The notes below the pieces were generated by a model. That model was not told where the DNA came from. It worked only from the letters and a program-made list of their open reading frames with translations, and did no database searches. Positions 44,127 through 53,153 of a stretch of DNA of 64,000 nt are shown here, one piece after another. This DNA is from Acidobacteriota bacterium. GTDB taxonomy: Bacteria; Acidobacteriota; Thermoanaerobaculia; UBA5066; Gp7-AA6. The number at the start of each line of letters is the position of its first letter. Position 1 is the first letter of the stretch. A program made the translations under genes and the position numbers. The stretch covers positions 4,501-68,500 of the forward strand of contig JBDTOO010000015.1 of the NCBI GenBank assembly GCA_039933215.1. Direction: 5' to 3'.

Positions 44127-46040
44127 TCAGCGGGTGGCGCCGGCGATCTTCGCGCGGGCGCGGTTCAACTTCTCCTGCACCTTGGCGGGCTCGTCCGGCT
44201 TGAGCGTCAGGGAGCGCTCGAAATGGCGGACGGCTTCGTCGGCCCGGCCCTGCCGGTCGGCGAGATCTCCGAGATGTTCCTCGATCGTCGAGTCGTCGGG
44301 CTCGCGGCGCTGCGCCTCCATCAGGTTCTTCTCGGCCGCCGCGAAGTTGCCGAGGCGGAAGTCCGCCCACCCGAGGGAGTCGCGGTACGCGCCGTTGCGC
44401 GGCTCGCGGGCGACGGCCTTCTCCAGGAGATTGCGCGCGCGCTCGAGGTTCTCGCCCCGGTCCGCCCACATGTATCCGAGGTAATTCATCGTCGCGGCGT
44501 CGTTCGGCTTGGCGTCGAGCATCTTCAGGAAGATCTTCTCGGCTTCGGCCGGGGAGCCTCCGCGCTCGAGGCTCGAGGCGAGGCGGAACTGCACTTCGGA
44601 GCTCTCGGGATACCGCTTCGCCGCCTCCCGCGAGATCCGCACGGCCGTCGCGAAGTCCTTCACGCGGGCGGCGGCATCGGCGGCGGCCATCGCGCGCTCG
44701 AGCTCCGGCGAACCGGCCATTTTGTCGAAGGCGGCGACGGCGCCGGCCCGGTCGCCGGTGCGGTGGAGGAACTCGCCGACCGCGGCTTCCCACTCGGGAT
44801 TGCCCGGCTCGGCGGCCGCGGCGGCGCGCGCGGCGGCGAGGCCCGACGGGTACTCCGCGGAATCCCGCGCCACGGCGAGCAGGAGGCGTACCGCGCGCGC
44901 GTCGACCGGCCGGCCGGCGACGATCGGCTCGAGCGCCTTCCGGGCGGCCGGGTAATCCTTCTGGAGATAGGCGGCATACGCGAGCTCGCGCGTCGCCCAG
45001 GTCTTCTGGTCGGCGGCCTTGGGATCGGCGCCGGCGCGCTTCAGGCTGTCTTCGAAGAGGGCGCGCGCCTCGGGGAGTCGGTGCTCCCGGAGAAGCTCGT
45101 TCGCGAGCGCCCGGCGCGTTGCCTCGTCTTCCGGGTCCGCCTGGAGGAGGTCGCGGAGGATCTTCTCGCCGCCGGCGCCGTCCCCCTTCTCGAAGAGGAC
45201 CTGGGCGAGGAGACGGCGGATGTCGCGGTTCTCGGGGCGGCGGGTCGCGAGCTCGCGGGCGCGCTTCTCCGCCTCGTCGAAACGACCGGCGCGCGCGAGG
45301 TCGAGAGTGATGCGCTCGGAAACCGCCGGGTTCTCGGGGTCCTTCGCGGCCAGGTCGGAGAGCAGCTTCAGGGCTTCGTCGTAGCGGTCGTCTTCCTCGT
45401 AGACGTCGATGAGCGCCGCCGCGATCTCGCGGTCGGTCGGGTCCAGGGCGAGGAGCTGCTGGTACAGGACCTCCGCGTCGCGCGAGCGTCCGCTCTTCGC
45501 GCGGGCCTCCGCGGCGATGCGGACGAGGGCGGGCTGCATCCGGGTCTCGGGAACCTCGTCGAGAAGCTGCGATGCCTCGGCCGCGCGGCCCCGCGTGAGC
45601 AGCGCTCGCGCGAGAGCCGCCACCGTCGAGAGGTCGCCCGGCGCGAGCTTGCGGGCCTGCCGCAGCTCCTCGATGCCCCTGTCGACCGCGGCCGGGTCCT
45701 TCTCCCCCGCGGCGATCTCGAGCGTTCCGAGAAGGCGGTGGGCCTCGGCCATCTTCCCGTCGAGCCGGATGGCTTCCCGGGCCTGCTTCACCGCTTCGTC
45801 CTGAACGTTCAGGTCTCGCAGGAGCTGCGCGTACTCGTAGCGGACCACGGCGTCGTCCGGGCGGCGCTCGATCACCTTGCGATAGAGGTCGAGGGCCTCC
45901 TTGTACTGGCCGTCCGCGACGGCGCCGCGGGCGCGCAGGTACATGCGGCGGAAGTCCCGTTCGCCGTCGGGAGCCGGGGCCGTCGGCGGAGCGGGAGCAA
46001 GAGTCGCCGCGAGGATGAGCGCGAGGAAGAAGGGCCTCAT
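44127..46040 (-). CDS. Secreted tetratricopeptide-repeat protein
   Basis: 637 aa. Signal peptide MRPFFLALILAATLAPAPP. More than 12 TPR-like repeats. Confidence 0.75.
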   Translation of the reverse strand: MRPFFLALILAATLAPAPPTAPAPDGERDFRRMYLRARGAVADGQYKEALDLYRKVIERRPDDAVVRYEYAQLLRDLNVQDEAVKQAREAIRLDGKMAEAHRLLGTLEIAAGEKDPAAVDRGIEELRQARKLAPGDLSTVAALARALLTRGRAAEASQLLDEVPETRMQPALVRIAAEARAKSGRSRDAEVLYQQLLALDPTDREIAAALIDVYEEDDRYDEALKLLSDLAAKDPENPAVSERITLDLARAGRFDEAEKRARELATRRPENRDIRRLLAQVLFEKGDGAGGEKILRDLLQADPEDEATRRALANELLREHRLPEARALFEDSLKRAGADPKAADQKTWATRELAYAAYLQKDYPAARKALEPIVAGRPVDARAVRLLLAVARDSAEYPSGLAAARAAAAAEPGNPEWEAAVGEFLHRTGDRAGAVAAFDKMAGSPELERAMAAADAAARVKDFATAVRISREAAKRYPESSEVQFRLASSLERGGSPAEAEKIFLKMLDAKPNDAATMNYLGYMWADRGENLERARNLLEKAVAREPRNGAYRDSLGWADFRLGNFAAAEKNLMEAQRREPDDSTIEEHLGDLADRQGRADEAVRHFERSLTLKPDEPAKVQEKLNRARAKIAGATR

Positions 46041-46138
46041 GCGAACGAATCTAGCATGCGGGGTGCCAGCGGAAGGGTTGCCCGTGCGGCCGGCTCGGCG
46101 GGCGACCGGAACGTTCTACGCCATAATCGGAGGCGACC

Positions 46139-47542
46139 ATGCCCCGCCTCGGCCAGCTGCTCGTGCGAGCCGACCTCGTATCGGAGAACAACCTCGCCCG
46201 GGCGCTCGGCGTGCAGAATTTCGCAGGGGGCCGGCTCGGAACGCTGCTGCTCGAGAGAGGCTCCGTGAGCGAGGACGAACTCGGCAAGACGCTCGCGCAG
46301 CAGCATGGGTGCGAGTACGTGCCGTGGCGGCTTCTCGCCGACGTTCCGATGGGGACGATCGCGGCCCTCCCGGCGAAGTTCGCGATCAAGCATTCCGCGG
46401 TGCCCTACGACCGCTCCGAGAACGTCCTGAAGCTCGTCCTGCGGGATCCTTCGGATCTGCGGATCTTGGACGAGCTCTTCTTCGTGACGGGCCGCAAGAT
46501 CATCGCGGGCGTCGCGCCGGAGGTTCGCGTCTACCAGGCGCTCGAGAAGTACTACGGCGAGAGGCGTACCCCGCGCTTCGCCATCCTCGCCGAGAAGCTC
46601 TCGCGCCCCGTTCGATCCGCCCGGAGCGAGACGAGCGCCCCGCCTCCCCCGCCGAGCTTCTTTCCCGAGACCGAGCGCGCGGAGGAGCGGCTTCCGGACG
46701 CGCAGGAAATCTGGGGCGACTCGTCGGACGCCGATCTGGCGCTGGGCCCTCCGATCGTCCAGTCGTGGCGGACGACGACGGAGCCGCACGGCGGATGGGC
46801 CGGGACCTCCTCCCAGATGGGCGATGCCCGGCTGTCGGGGGACGTCGACGCGATCTCCTGGGAGGAGATGCCGCCGGCGGCCCCCGGCCCGCCCTCCGCT
46901 TCCTCCGCTTCCTCCGCGACGCCGGCGCTCGGCGCCGGGTCGGCTCATGAATCCCCCGCTTCTCCGCAGGCCCCCTCCGTGCCTGCTCCCGCCGCGCGCC
47001 CGGCGCCGGTCGCCGGATTGCCCCCGATGGCGGCGCCTCCGGAGCGGGCTATGCCGAGAACGGCGGCAGCGGACGACTTCACAGCGATCGCGGAGGCGAA
47101 CGACCGGGACACGATCGCGGTCGCTGCCCTGTCCGCGATGGCCCCCCGTTTCGTGCGGTCCGCGCTCTTTGCGGCGCGGCCCGACCGCGTCCAGGGCTGG
47201 GCGGGCGGCGGCGAGCTCGATCCCGTTCGGATCCGCGCGATCGCGATCCCCTGGAAGGAGGGGTCGGTCTTCCTGAACGTGCGCCTCTCCCGGTCCTTCT
47301 ATCTCGGCCCCCTGCTGCGGCTCCCCCGGCACGAGGATCTCGCGCTCGCGACGGGGGGCTGGCCGGAGGAGTGCGTCGTGATGCCCATCCTGATCCAGGA
47401 CAAGCCGGCCGCCTTTCTCTACGCCGAGGGCCCCGCCGAACGGGGGGTCACCCCGATGGACCTCGTCTTCCTGCGGGAGCTCTCCCGGGCGGCCGCCGCG
47501 GGGCTCTCGCGGGCCATCCGTATGAAGAAGAAAGAGATATAA
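46139..47542 (+). CDS. MshEN/T2SSE_N-type N-terminal domain protein with disordered linker and GAF-like C-terminal domain
   Basis: Two tandem 24-aa motifs RLGQLLVRADLVSENNLARALGVQ and RLGTLLLERGSVSEDELGKTLAQQ match the c-di-GMP-binding MshEN consensus (RLGxx[LVI][LVI]xxG[LVI][LVIF]xxxxLxxxLxxQ). The C-terminus is GAF-like. Confidence 0.7.
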   Translation: MPRLGQLLVRADLVSENNLARALGVQNFAGGRLGTLLLERGSVSEDELGKTLAQQHGCEYVPWRLLADVPMGTIAALPAKFAIKHSAVPYDRSENVLKLVLRDPSDLRILDELFFVTGRKIIAGVAPEVRVYQALEKYYGERRTPRFAILAEKLSRPVRSARSETSAPPPPPSFFPETERAEERLPDAQEIWGDSSDADLALGPPIVQSWRTTTEPHGGWAGTSSQMGDARLSGDVDAISWEEMPPAAPGPPSASSASSATPALGAGSAHESPASPQAPSVPAPAARPAPVAGLPPMAAPPERAMPRTAAADDFTAIAEANDRDTIAVAALSAMAPRFVRSALFAARPDRVQGWAGGGELDPVRIRAIAIPWKEGSVFLNVRLSRSFYLGPLLRLPRHEDLALATGGWPEECVVMPILIQDKPAAFLYAEGPAERGVTPMDLVFLRELSRAAAAGLSRAIRMKKKEI

Positions 47543-47568
47543 TTGCGGGAGCGCACTCGGAGGCAGAG

Positions 47569-47838
47569 ATGATCAAAGCGGACATCGTCGATCTCGTGGT
47601 CGACCTCGCAGCGATTCCCCGCGCGAAGGCGGCGACGGCCGTCGAAACGGTGATCGAGTCGATGCGGTCCGCCCTGGGCGCGGGAGATCGCATCGAGTTG
47701 CGCGGTTTCGGCGTGTTTCAGGTGAAGCGGCGCAAGCGCGGCATCGGCCGCAACCCCAAGACCGGCGTCGAAGTGACCATTCCTCCGGGCAACACCATCC
47801 GGTTCAAGCCGGGCAAGGACCTCCGCGACCTGCCCTGA
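47569..47838 (+). CDS. HU/IHF-family DNA-binding protein
   Basis: ATG at 47569 with GGAGG 8 nt upstream. MIKADIVDLVV...RIELRGFGVFQVKRRKRGIGRNPKTGVEVTIPPGNTIRFKPGKDL. The upstream part of ORF 47371..47838 is rejected. Confidence 0.8.
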   Translation: MIKADIVDLVVDLAAIPRAKAATAVETVIESMRSALGAGDRIELRGFGVFQVKRRKRGIGRNPKTGVEVTIPPGNTIRFKPGKDLRDLP

Positions 47839-47859
47839 TGCCTTAGAATAAGGATCCGC

Positions 47860-49488
47860 ATGGCACCGCGCCGGATCGGCGAGCATCTCGTGTCGGAAGG
47901 GATTCTTTCGGAGTCCGAGATCCACCGTGCGCTCGGGTTCCAGCGGCTCTCCGGAGAGCGGCTCAAGCTGGGCAGCATCCTGCTCCACTGGGACCTTCTG
48001 GACGAAGAGGCGCTGCTTACGGCCCTCTCGAGCCTCCACCGGACACCCGCGGTGACCTGGGCGATGCTCGCGGAAGCGCCGTTCGAGGCGGTCCGCCTGC
48101 TGCCGGCCGCCCACGCGCTCCGTCTCGGCGCGATCGCCTGGGGCGCCGAAAGAGGCCTGGTCCGCGTCGCGTTCACGAACCCCTCCAACCTCGCCGTGAT
48201 CGACGAGGTCGCCGCTCTCGTCGGGCGCCGCGTCGTTGCCGGCGTGACGACGGAAGTCCGTCTCTTCCAGGCGCATCAGAAATTCTTCGGACGCCACGTT
48301 CCGCTTCAATACCGCGCGATCGTTCAGAAGCTCGATCGCCCGGCGGCCGGCCGGCCGCCGGCGCGGCGCGACTTCCGCGCCACCGACGTCGTCCAGGCCG
48401 AGCGGGAGGTTCGCTCCTCGGGCTCCGCGGGCGCCCTCGAGATCCCGGTGACGCCCGAAGCGGGCGCCGCGGCGGACGACGCGCGCCTCGTCCTGCCGCC
48501 CGTCGAGCCTCCCGAGCTGCCGGACCTTCCCGAGCTCGCCGAGGTGGCCGACGCGCCGGACGCGGCCGCTGTCGACGCCTCCCCGGCGGACGACTCGCTC
48601 TCGGACTGGGTCGGCGAGGCCCTGTCCGCATTTACCGACGGACCCGCCGCGCGAGATCCGGAATCGCCAGCCGGCGTCGCCGATCCTTCGCAGTTCGGAC
48701 GGCACGGCGAGCCCCCTCGTCCCGGACCTCTCGCCGTTTACGAAGACGATCTGCCTCAGACCAACATGGTGCGCGCGCGGGTGGAAGAGAAGGCGCGGCT
48801 CTCGGCGCAGGCCTCTCCCCTGACCGACGAGCACCGGCGCGGCGTTCCCGACTCGATCCCTCCGTTCCGGCGGGCGAGCGACCCGATCGGTCCATACGCC
48901 AATCCGGCACCGTCCGGCGATCCCGCGGAGGGCCTGTGGAGGCGGGCGGATGACAGCGTAGCGTCGCCCGCGGCCGAATCGCTCTGGAAGATCGAAGCGG
49001 ACGGCTCCGAGCCCGGGGCCTCCGAGGCCCGCAGCCGCGACGACGTCGCGGATTCGGTCCTCGAGAGCTACCTCGGCGAGCTCCCGCGCGTGGTGCTCCT
49101 CGGGGCCGGTAAGAACGGCATCACGGGATGGCGGGGCCGGGCGCCCGGGCTCACCGCCGAAGCGGTGTTGAAGATCCGGATCTTCCCCTCCGAGATCTCC
49201 GTGTTCACCGCCGTCCAGGAGTCCGGAGTGCCGCACTTCGGCGCGGTCGACCGGTCCGAATGGCCTCGCGCGCTCGCGACGCTCTTCGGCGGGAACCCGC
49301 CCGAATGCGCGATCTTTCCCGTCCGGGTTCTGGACGGGATCGCCGCGTTCCTCTACGCGGACCGCCTGGGGTCGCCCATGCAATACGAGGACTTCGCTCT
49401 CGTCGCCCGCGCCGCCGGCTCGGCCGCCGGCGTCCTCTCCCAGTTCCTCCTCCGCCGCCGCCGCTCCGACACGACGCACGTCGGCTGA
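47860..49488 (+). CDS. Paralogous MshEN/T2SSE_N-type N-terminal domain protein with GAF-like C-terminal domain
   Basis: RIGEHLVSEGILSESEIHRALGFQ matches the MshEN motif exactly, followed by a degenerate second copy. Same architecture as 46139..47542, including the ...LDRP linker junction and an AFLYA(D/E) C-terminal GAF-like block. Confidence 0.7.
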   Translation: MAPRRIGEHLVSEGILSESEIHRALGFQRLSGERLKLGSILLHWDLLDEEALLTALSSLHRTPAVTWAMLAEAPFEAVRLLPAAHALRLGAIAWGAERGLVRVAFTNPSNLAVIDEVAALVGRRVVAGVTTEVRLFQAHQKFFGRHVPLQYRAIVQKLDRPAAGRPPARRDFRATDVVQAEREVRSSGSAGALEIPVTPEAGAAADDARLVLPPVEPPELPDLPELAEVADAPDAAAVDASPADDSLSDWVGEALSAFTDGPAARDPESPAGVADPSQFGRHGEPPRPGPLAVYEDDLPQTNMVRARVEEKARLSAQASPLTDEHRRGVPDSIPPFRRASDPIGPYANPAPSGDPAEGLWRRADDSVASPAAESLWKIEADGSEPGASEARSRDDVADSVLESYLGELPRVVLLGAGKNGITGWRGRAPGLTAEAVLKIRIFPSEISVFTAVQESGVPHFGAVDRSEWPRALATLFGGNPPECAIFPVRVLDGIAAFLYADRLGSPMQYEDFALVARAAGSAAGVLSQFLLRRRRSDTTHVG

Positions 49489-49576
49489 ACAGCTGAACGG
49501 CTGACGGGCTCGCCGGAGCGCGCGCCGCCTCCGCGCCGGACGCGGGCGAAGCTCTTCCCTGTGAGATAACGGCTCG

Positions 49577-50515
49577 ATGAGGGACGACGATGTGCCGACG
49601 GCACCGGACGGGGGCGAGCCCGCACCGCCACCGGTCCAACGGCGGAGAGGCTGGCTTCCCTGGCGATTTCCGTACGCGGAGCATCCGCTCTTTCATCTGG
49701 CTCTCCTCGTCCTGACCTTCTGCACCACGACGTTCGCCGGCGCGCTCTTCTTCAGCGAAGCGCCGGACTTCCCCGGGCGGCTCGAAGCGGGCCTTCGGTT
49801 CTCGATCCCTGCCATGCTCATCCTGGGCGTCCACGAGATGGGGCATTACCTGATGTGCCGCCGCTACGGGCTCGCGGCGACGCGGCCGTACTTTCTTCCC
49901 GCCCCCACGCTCTTCGGCACGCTCGGAGCGGTCATCCGCATCAAGGAGCCGATCCGGAAGAAGACGGTCCTTCTCGACATAGGGGCCGCCGGACCGCTCG
50001 CGGGATTCGTGACGGCGCTTCCCTTCCTCTTCTACGGCGTGACGCGCGCCATCCCGATCCGCACTCCGCCGGACCCCGGCGTGCAGGTGTTCGGCTATCC
50101 CCTGGCCGTCCGCTTCGCGCAGGATTGGACGGGGATGGCGCGGTACACGAGCGCGGGGGTCCACGAAGATCCGACCTTCATGGCCGCCTGGCTCGGTCTT
50201 CTCGTGACGGCGCTGAACCTTCTCCCGATCGGCCAGCTGGATGGAGGCCATGTCCTGCGGGCGGTTCTCGGAAAGAGGCAGCCGATGGTGTCGCTGGCCG
50301 TGCTCGCGTGTGCTCTGGCGGTGGCGTTCCGAGGCGGCTACACGTGGGCGATCTTCGCGGCGATCGTCGGAGGGCTGCTCGGGGTCGCGCATCCGCCCGT
50401 CGAGGACGACGACGAGCCGATCGGTACCGGCCGGCTCACGATCGCGCTCGTGTGCCTCGCCGTGTTTCTGCTCTGCGCGACGCTGGTGCCGCTCGGCCCC
50501 GTTTCAGAGAAATAG
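49577..50515 (+). CDS. Site-2 protease family (peptidase M50) membrane metalloprotease
   Basis: 312 aa, polytopic. HEMGHY (HExxH) motif and LNLLPIGQLDGGH second motif. Confidence 0.7.
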   Translation: MRDDDVPTAPDGGEPAPPPVQRRRGWLPWRFPYAEHPLFHLALLVLTFCTTTFAGALFFSEAPDFPGRLEAGLRFSIPAMLILGVHEMGHYLMCRRYGLAATRPYFLPAPTLFGTLGAVIRIKEPIRKKTVLLDIGAAGPLAGFVTALPFLFYGVTRAIPIRTPPDPGVQVFGYPLAVRFAQDWTGMARYTSAGVHEDPTFMAAWLGLLVTALNLLPIGQLDGGHVLRAVLGKRQPMVSLAVLACALAVAFRGGYTWAIFAAIVGGLLGVAHPPVEDDDEPIGTGRLTIALVCLAVFLLCATLVPLGPVSEK

Positions 50516-50534
50516 GACTCCGGCGGCGCGTCGA

Positions 50535-50996
50535 TCAGGAGCCGGCGGGCGAGGCGCCGGGGATGTCGACGACGAAGGTGGCGGGGCCGTCGTTGACGAG
50601 CGACACGCGCATCGCCTCGCCGAAGACGCCTCTCTCGACGCGGAAACCCGCGAGCTCGAGCGCCGCGCAGAAATGGTCGTAGATCGGGCGGGCGTCCGGG
50701 CCGGGCAACGCCTTCTCGAATCCCGGCCGGCGCCCGCGGGAGAGGTCGGCCGCGAGCGTGAACTGCGAGACCGCCAGGATGGCGCCGCCGACGTCCGAGA
50801 GGCCGAGGTTCATGTGACCTCGATCGTCCTCGAACACGCGCAGGCCCGCGACCTTGCGTGCGGCCGCTTCCGCGGTCGCGCTCCCGTCGCCGCGCTCGGC
50901 TCCGAGCAGGACGAGGAACCCGCGCTCGATGGCGGCCACGCGCCGCCCCTCGACCTCGACCTCGGCGCTCGCGACGCGCTGGACGACGAGCCTCAT
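50535..50996 (-). CDS. dtd: D-aminoacyl-tRNA deacylase
   Basis: 153 aa (MRLVVQRVASAEVEV...SQFTL...NDGPATF). 4-nt overlap with murJ. Confidence 0.85.
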   Translation of the reverse strand: MRLVVQRVASAEVEVEGRRVAAIERGFLVLLGAERGDGSATAEAAARKVAGLRVFEDDRGHMNLGLSDVGGAILAVSQFTLAADLSRGRRPGFEKALPGPDARPIYDHFCAALELAGFRVERGVFGEAMRVSLVNDGPATFVVDIPGASPAGS

Positions 50997-52579
50997 GGGG
51001 TACTCCGGGGGCGGCGCCGCGCGACGCTCCGCAGCTCACGGGCCTCCGGAGCTCCCAGCAGCCGCGCCGCCGACCAGTAGACCGCGGCGGAGACGGCGAT
51101 GGTCGCCGCGAGAGCCGCCGCCCCTGCCCCTCCCCGCCAGCGCTCGAAATCCATCCAGCGCCCGGCCGCGCCGAGCGCGACGCCCATGACGGCGGCCGCG
51201 GCGGCGATGCGCGCGAAGGAGGCGGCCATCTCGCGCCCGCGCATCCGTCCCTCGCGGCGCCGGAGGACCCCCAGCAGGATGGTGACGTTGACGCCCGCGG
51301 CGGCGGACGCCGCGAGGCCGATCCCGGCGAGGCCGTAAGGCCGGGTCCAGAGTGCGCAGAGCGTCACGAACGTCGCGCAGTCCGCGACCGCCGCGAGCAC
51401 CGGCAGGCGGGTGTCCTTCAAGGCGTAGAACGCGGGCACGACGACGCGGACTCCCGCGAAGAAAACGAGTCCGAGAGCAAGCGCGGCGAGCGCGCCCGCG
51501 GTGCCCCGGGTGTCCGCCGCGTCGAACTGGCCGCCTTCGAAGAGCACGCGGACGATCGGGGTCCGAAGAAGGATCAGGCCGACCGTCGCCGGCACGGTCA
51601 CGAACGCGATCAGCCGCAGCGCGAACGCGACGTTCGCCTTGAAGGGCTCCCGGTCCGCGGCGAGGGCCTGCAGGGAGAGGAGCGGCAGGATCGCCGTGGC
51701 GACCGAGACGGCGAATCCCCCGAGGACGAGCTCCTTCAGCCGGTTCGCGTAATAGAAGTGCGACACGCTCGCCTCTCCGAGGGCGGCGGCGAATCGCGTC
51801 GAGATCACGGTGTTGACGGTGTTGATGCCATAGGCGAACAGGCGCGGGACCATGAGGAGGAGCATCGATCGCACGGCAGGGTCGCGCCAGCCGAGCGCGG
51901 GCCGGCCGACCGCCCGCAGGCGGCGCATCTGCGGGATCTGGATCGCGATCTGGAGGAGCCCGCCGAGCAGCACCCCGGCCGCGAGCCCGTAGGTCGGTTC
52001 CTCGAGGCGCGGTGAAATCACGACGGCGCCGAGGATCATCGCGACGTTCAAGAAGATCGGAGCGGCGGCAGCGACCGCGAACCGATGGCGCGCGTTCAAG
52101 ATCGCCTGGCAGAACGCGGAGAGCGACACCAGGAGGACGTAGGGAAAGATCCAGCGGTTGAGCGCGACCGTCAGCTCGAACTTGCCGGGTGTGCTCCGGT
52201 AGCCGTGCGCCAGGAGGTCGACGAGCCAGGGAGAGGAGAGGATCCCCGCCGTCGTGATCGCGGCGAGGAGCAGAGAGAAGGTGCCGAGCGCGCGCCCGAC
52301 GAAAGCGCGGGCCTCCTCCTCCGACCGCGTCTCCGTCACCTCGGCGTAGACGGGGATGAACGCCGAAGACATGGCCCCCTCGCCGACGATCTCCCGGAGC
52401 ATGTTCGGGATCCGGAACGCCACGAAGAACGCGTCGGAGCTGCGCCCCGCCCCGAGCAGAAGCGCGATGACCTTGTCCCGGGCGTACCCCGTGATCCGGG
52501 AGAGCAGCGTCAGCGGCGTGATGATGGACGCCGAACGGACGATCCTTTTCCGGCTCTCGTGCGCCGATTCGGCAGGCAT
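50993..52579 (-). CDS. murJ: Lipid II flippase MurJ
   Basis: 528 aa, 14 predicted TM helices. MurJ/MviN N-terminal signature (SRITGYARDKVIALLLGAGRSSDAFFVAFRIPNMLR). Confidence 0.85.
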   Translation of the reverse strand: MPAESAHESRKRIVRSASIITPLTLLSRITGYARDKVIALLLGAGRSSDAFFVAFRIPNMLREIVGEGAMSSAFIPVYAEVTETRSEEEARAFVGRALGTFSLLLAAITTAGILSSPWLVDLLAHGYRSTPGKFELTVALNRWIFPYVLLVSLSAFCQAILNARHRFAVAAAAPIFLNVAMILGAVVISPRLEEPTYGLAAGVLLGGLLQIAIQIPQMRRLRAVGRPALGWRDPAVRSMLLLMVPRLFAYGINTVNTVISTRFAAALGEASVSHFYYANRLKELVLGGFAVSVATAILPLLSLQALAADREPFKANVAFALRLIAFVTVPATVGLILLRTPIVRVLFEGGQFDAADTRGTAGALAALALGLVFFAGVRVVVPAFYALKDTRLPVLAAVADCATFVTLCALWTRPYGLAGIGLAASAAAGVNVTILLGVLRRREGRMRGREMAASFARIAAAAAVMGVALGAAGRWMDFERWRGGAGAAALAATIAVSAAVYWSAARLLGAPEARELRSVARRRPRSTP

Positions 52580-52715
52580 GTGTGGCGAGGATTGTAGCCG
52601 CGGCCTTCGCGCGTCCCGCGGCCGGGACGCTAAAGGTGACGGACCCGCTCAGACATCATCTGTCCCCGGGCATCCTGGATTATCTTTGCCAACACCTGAA
52701 CAGGAGGAAGAACAC

Positions 52716-53141
52716 ATGGCGAGCGTCAACAAAGTGATTCTGATCGGAAACCTCGGCAAGGATCCGGAGATCCGCACGACGCCTCAGGGCACGTCTCTCG
52801 CGCGATTCTCGGTCGCGACCACGACCAACTGGAAGGACAGCTCCGGAGCGCGGCAGGAGCGCACGGAATGGCACGACGTCGTCGCCTGGGAAAAGCTCGC
52901 GCAGATCTGCGGCGAGTATCTGCACAAGGGCAAGATGGTCTACGTCGAAGGCAGCCTTCAGACGCGCAGCTGGGAGGACCAGAACGGTCAGAAGCGCTAC
53001 AAGACGGAGGTGAAGGCGAACAACGTCGTGATGCTCTCGCCCCGAACGGACGGGGCCCGCGCAGCGGCCGGCCCCCGGGCGGTATCCGACGCCGGCGAAG
53101 TCGCCGAGGCGCCGATCGACGACGACGACGTTCCGTTTTAG
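52716..53141 (+). CDS. ssb: Single-stranded DNA-binding protein
   Basis: ATG at 52716 with AGGAGG upstream. OB-fold (NKVILIGNLGKDPEIRTT...WHDVVAWEKLAEIC). Acidic C-terminal tip DDDVPF. Confidence 0.9.
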   Translation: MASVNKVILIGNLGKDPEIRTTPQGTSLARFSVATTTNWKDSSGARQERTEWHDVVAWEKLAQICGEYLHKGKMVYVEGSLQTRSWEDQNGQKRYKTEVKANNVVMLSPRTDGARAAAGPRAVSDAGEVAEAPIDDDDVPF

Positions 53142-53153
53142 CCGGCGGGCGGA

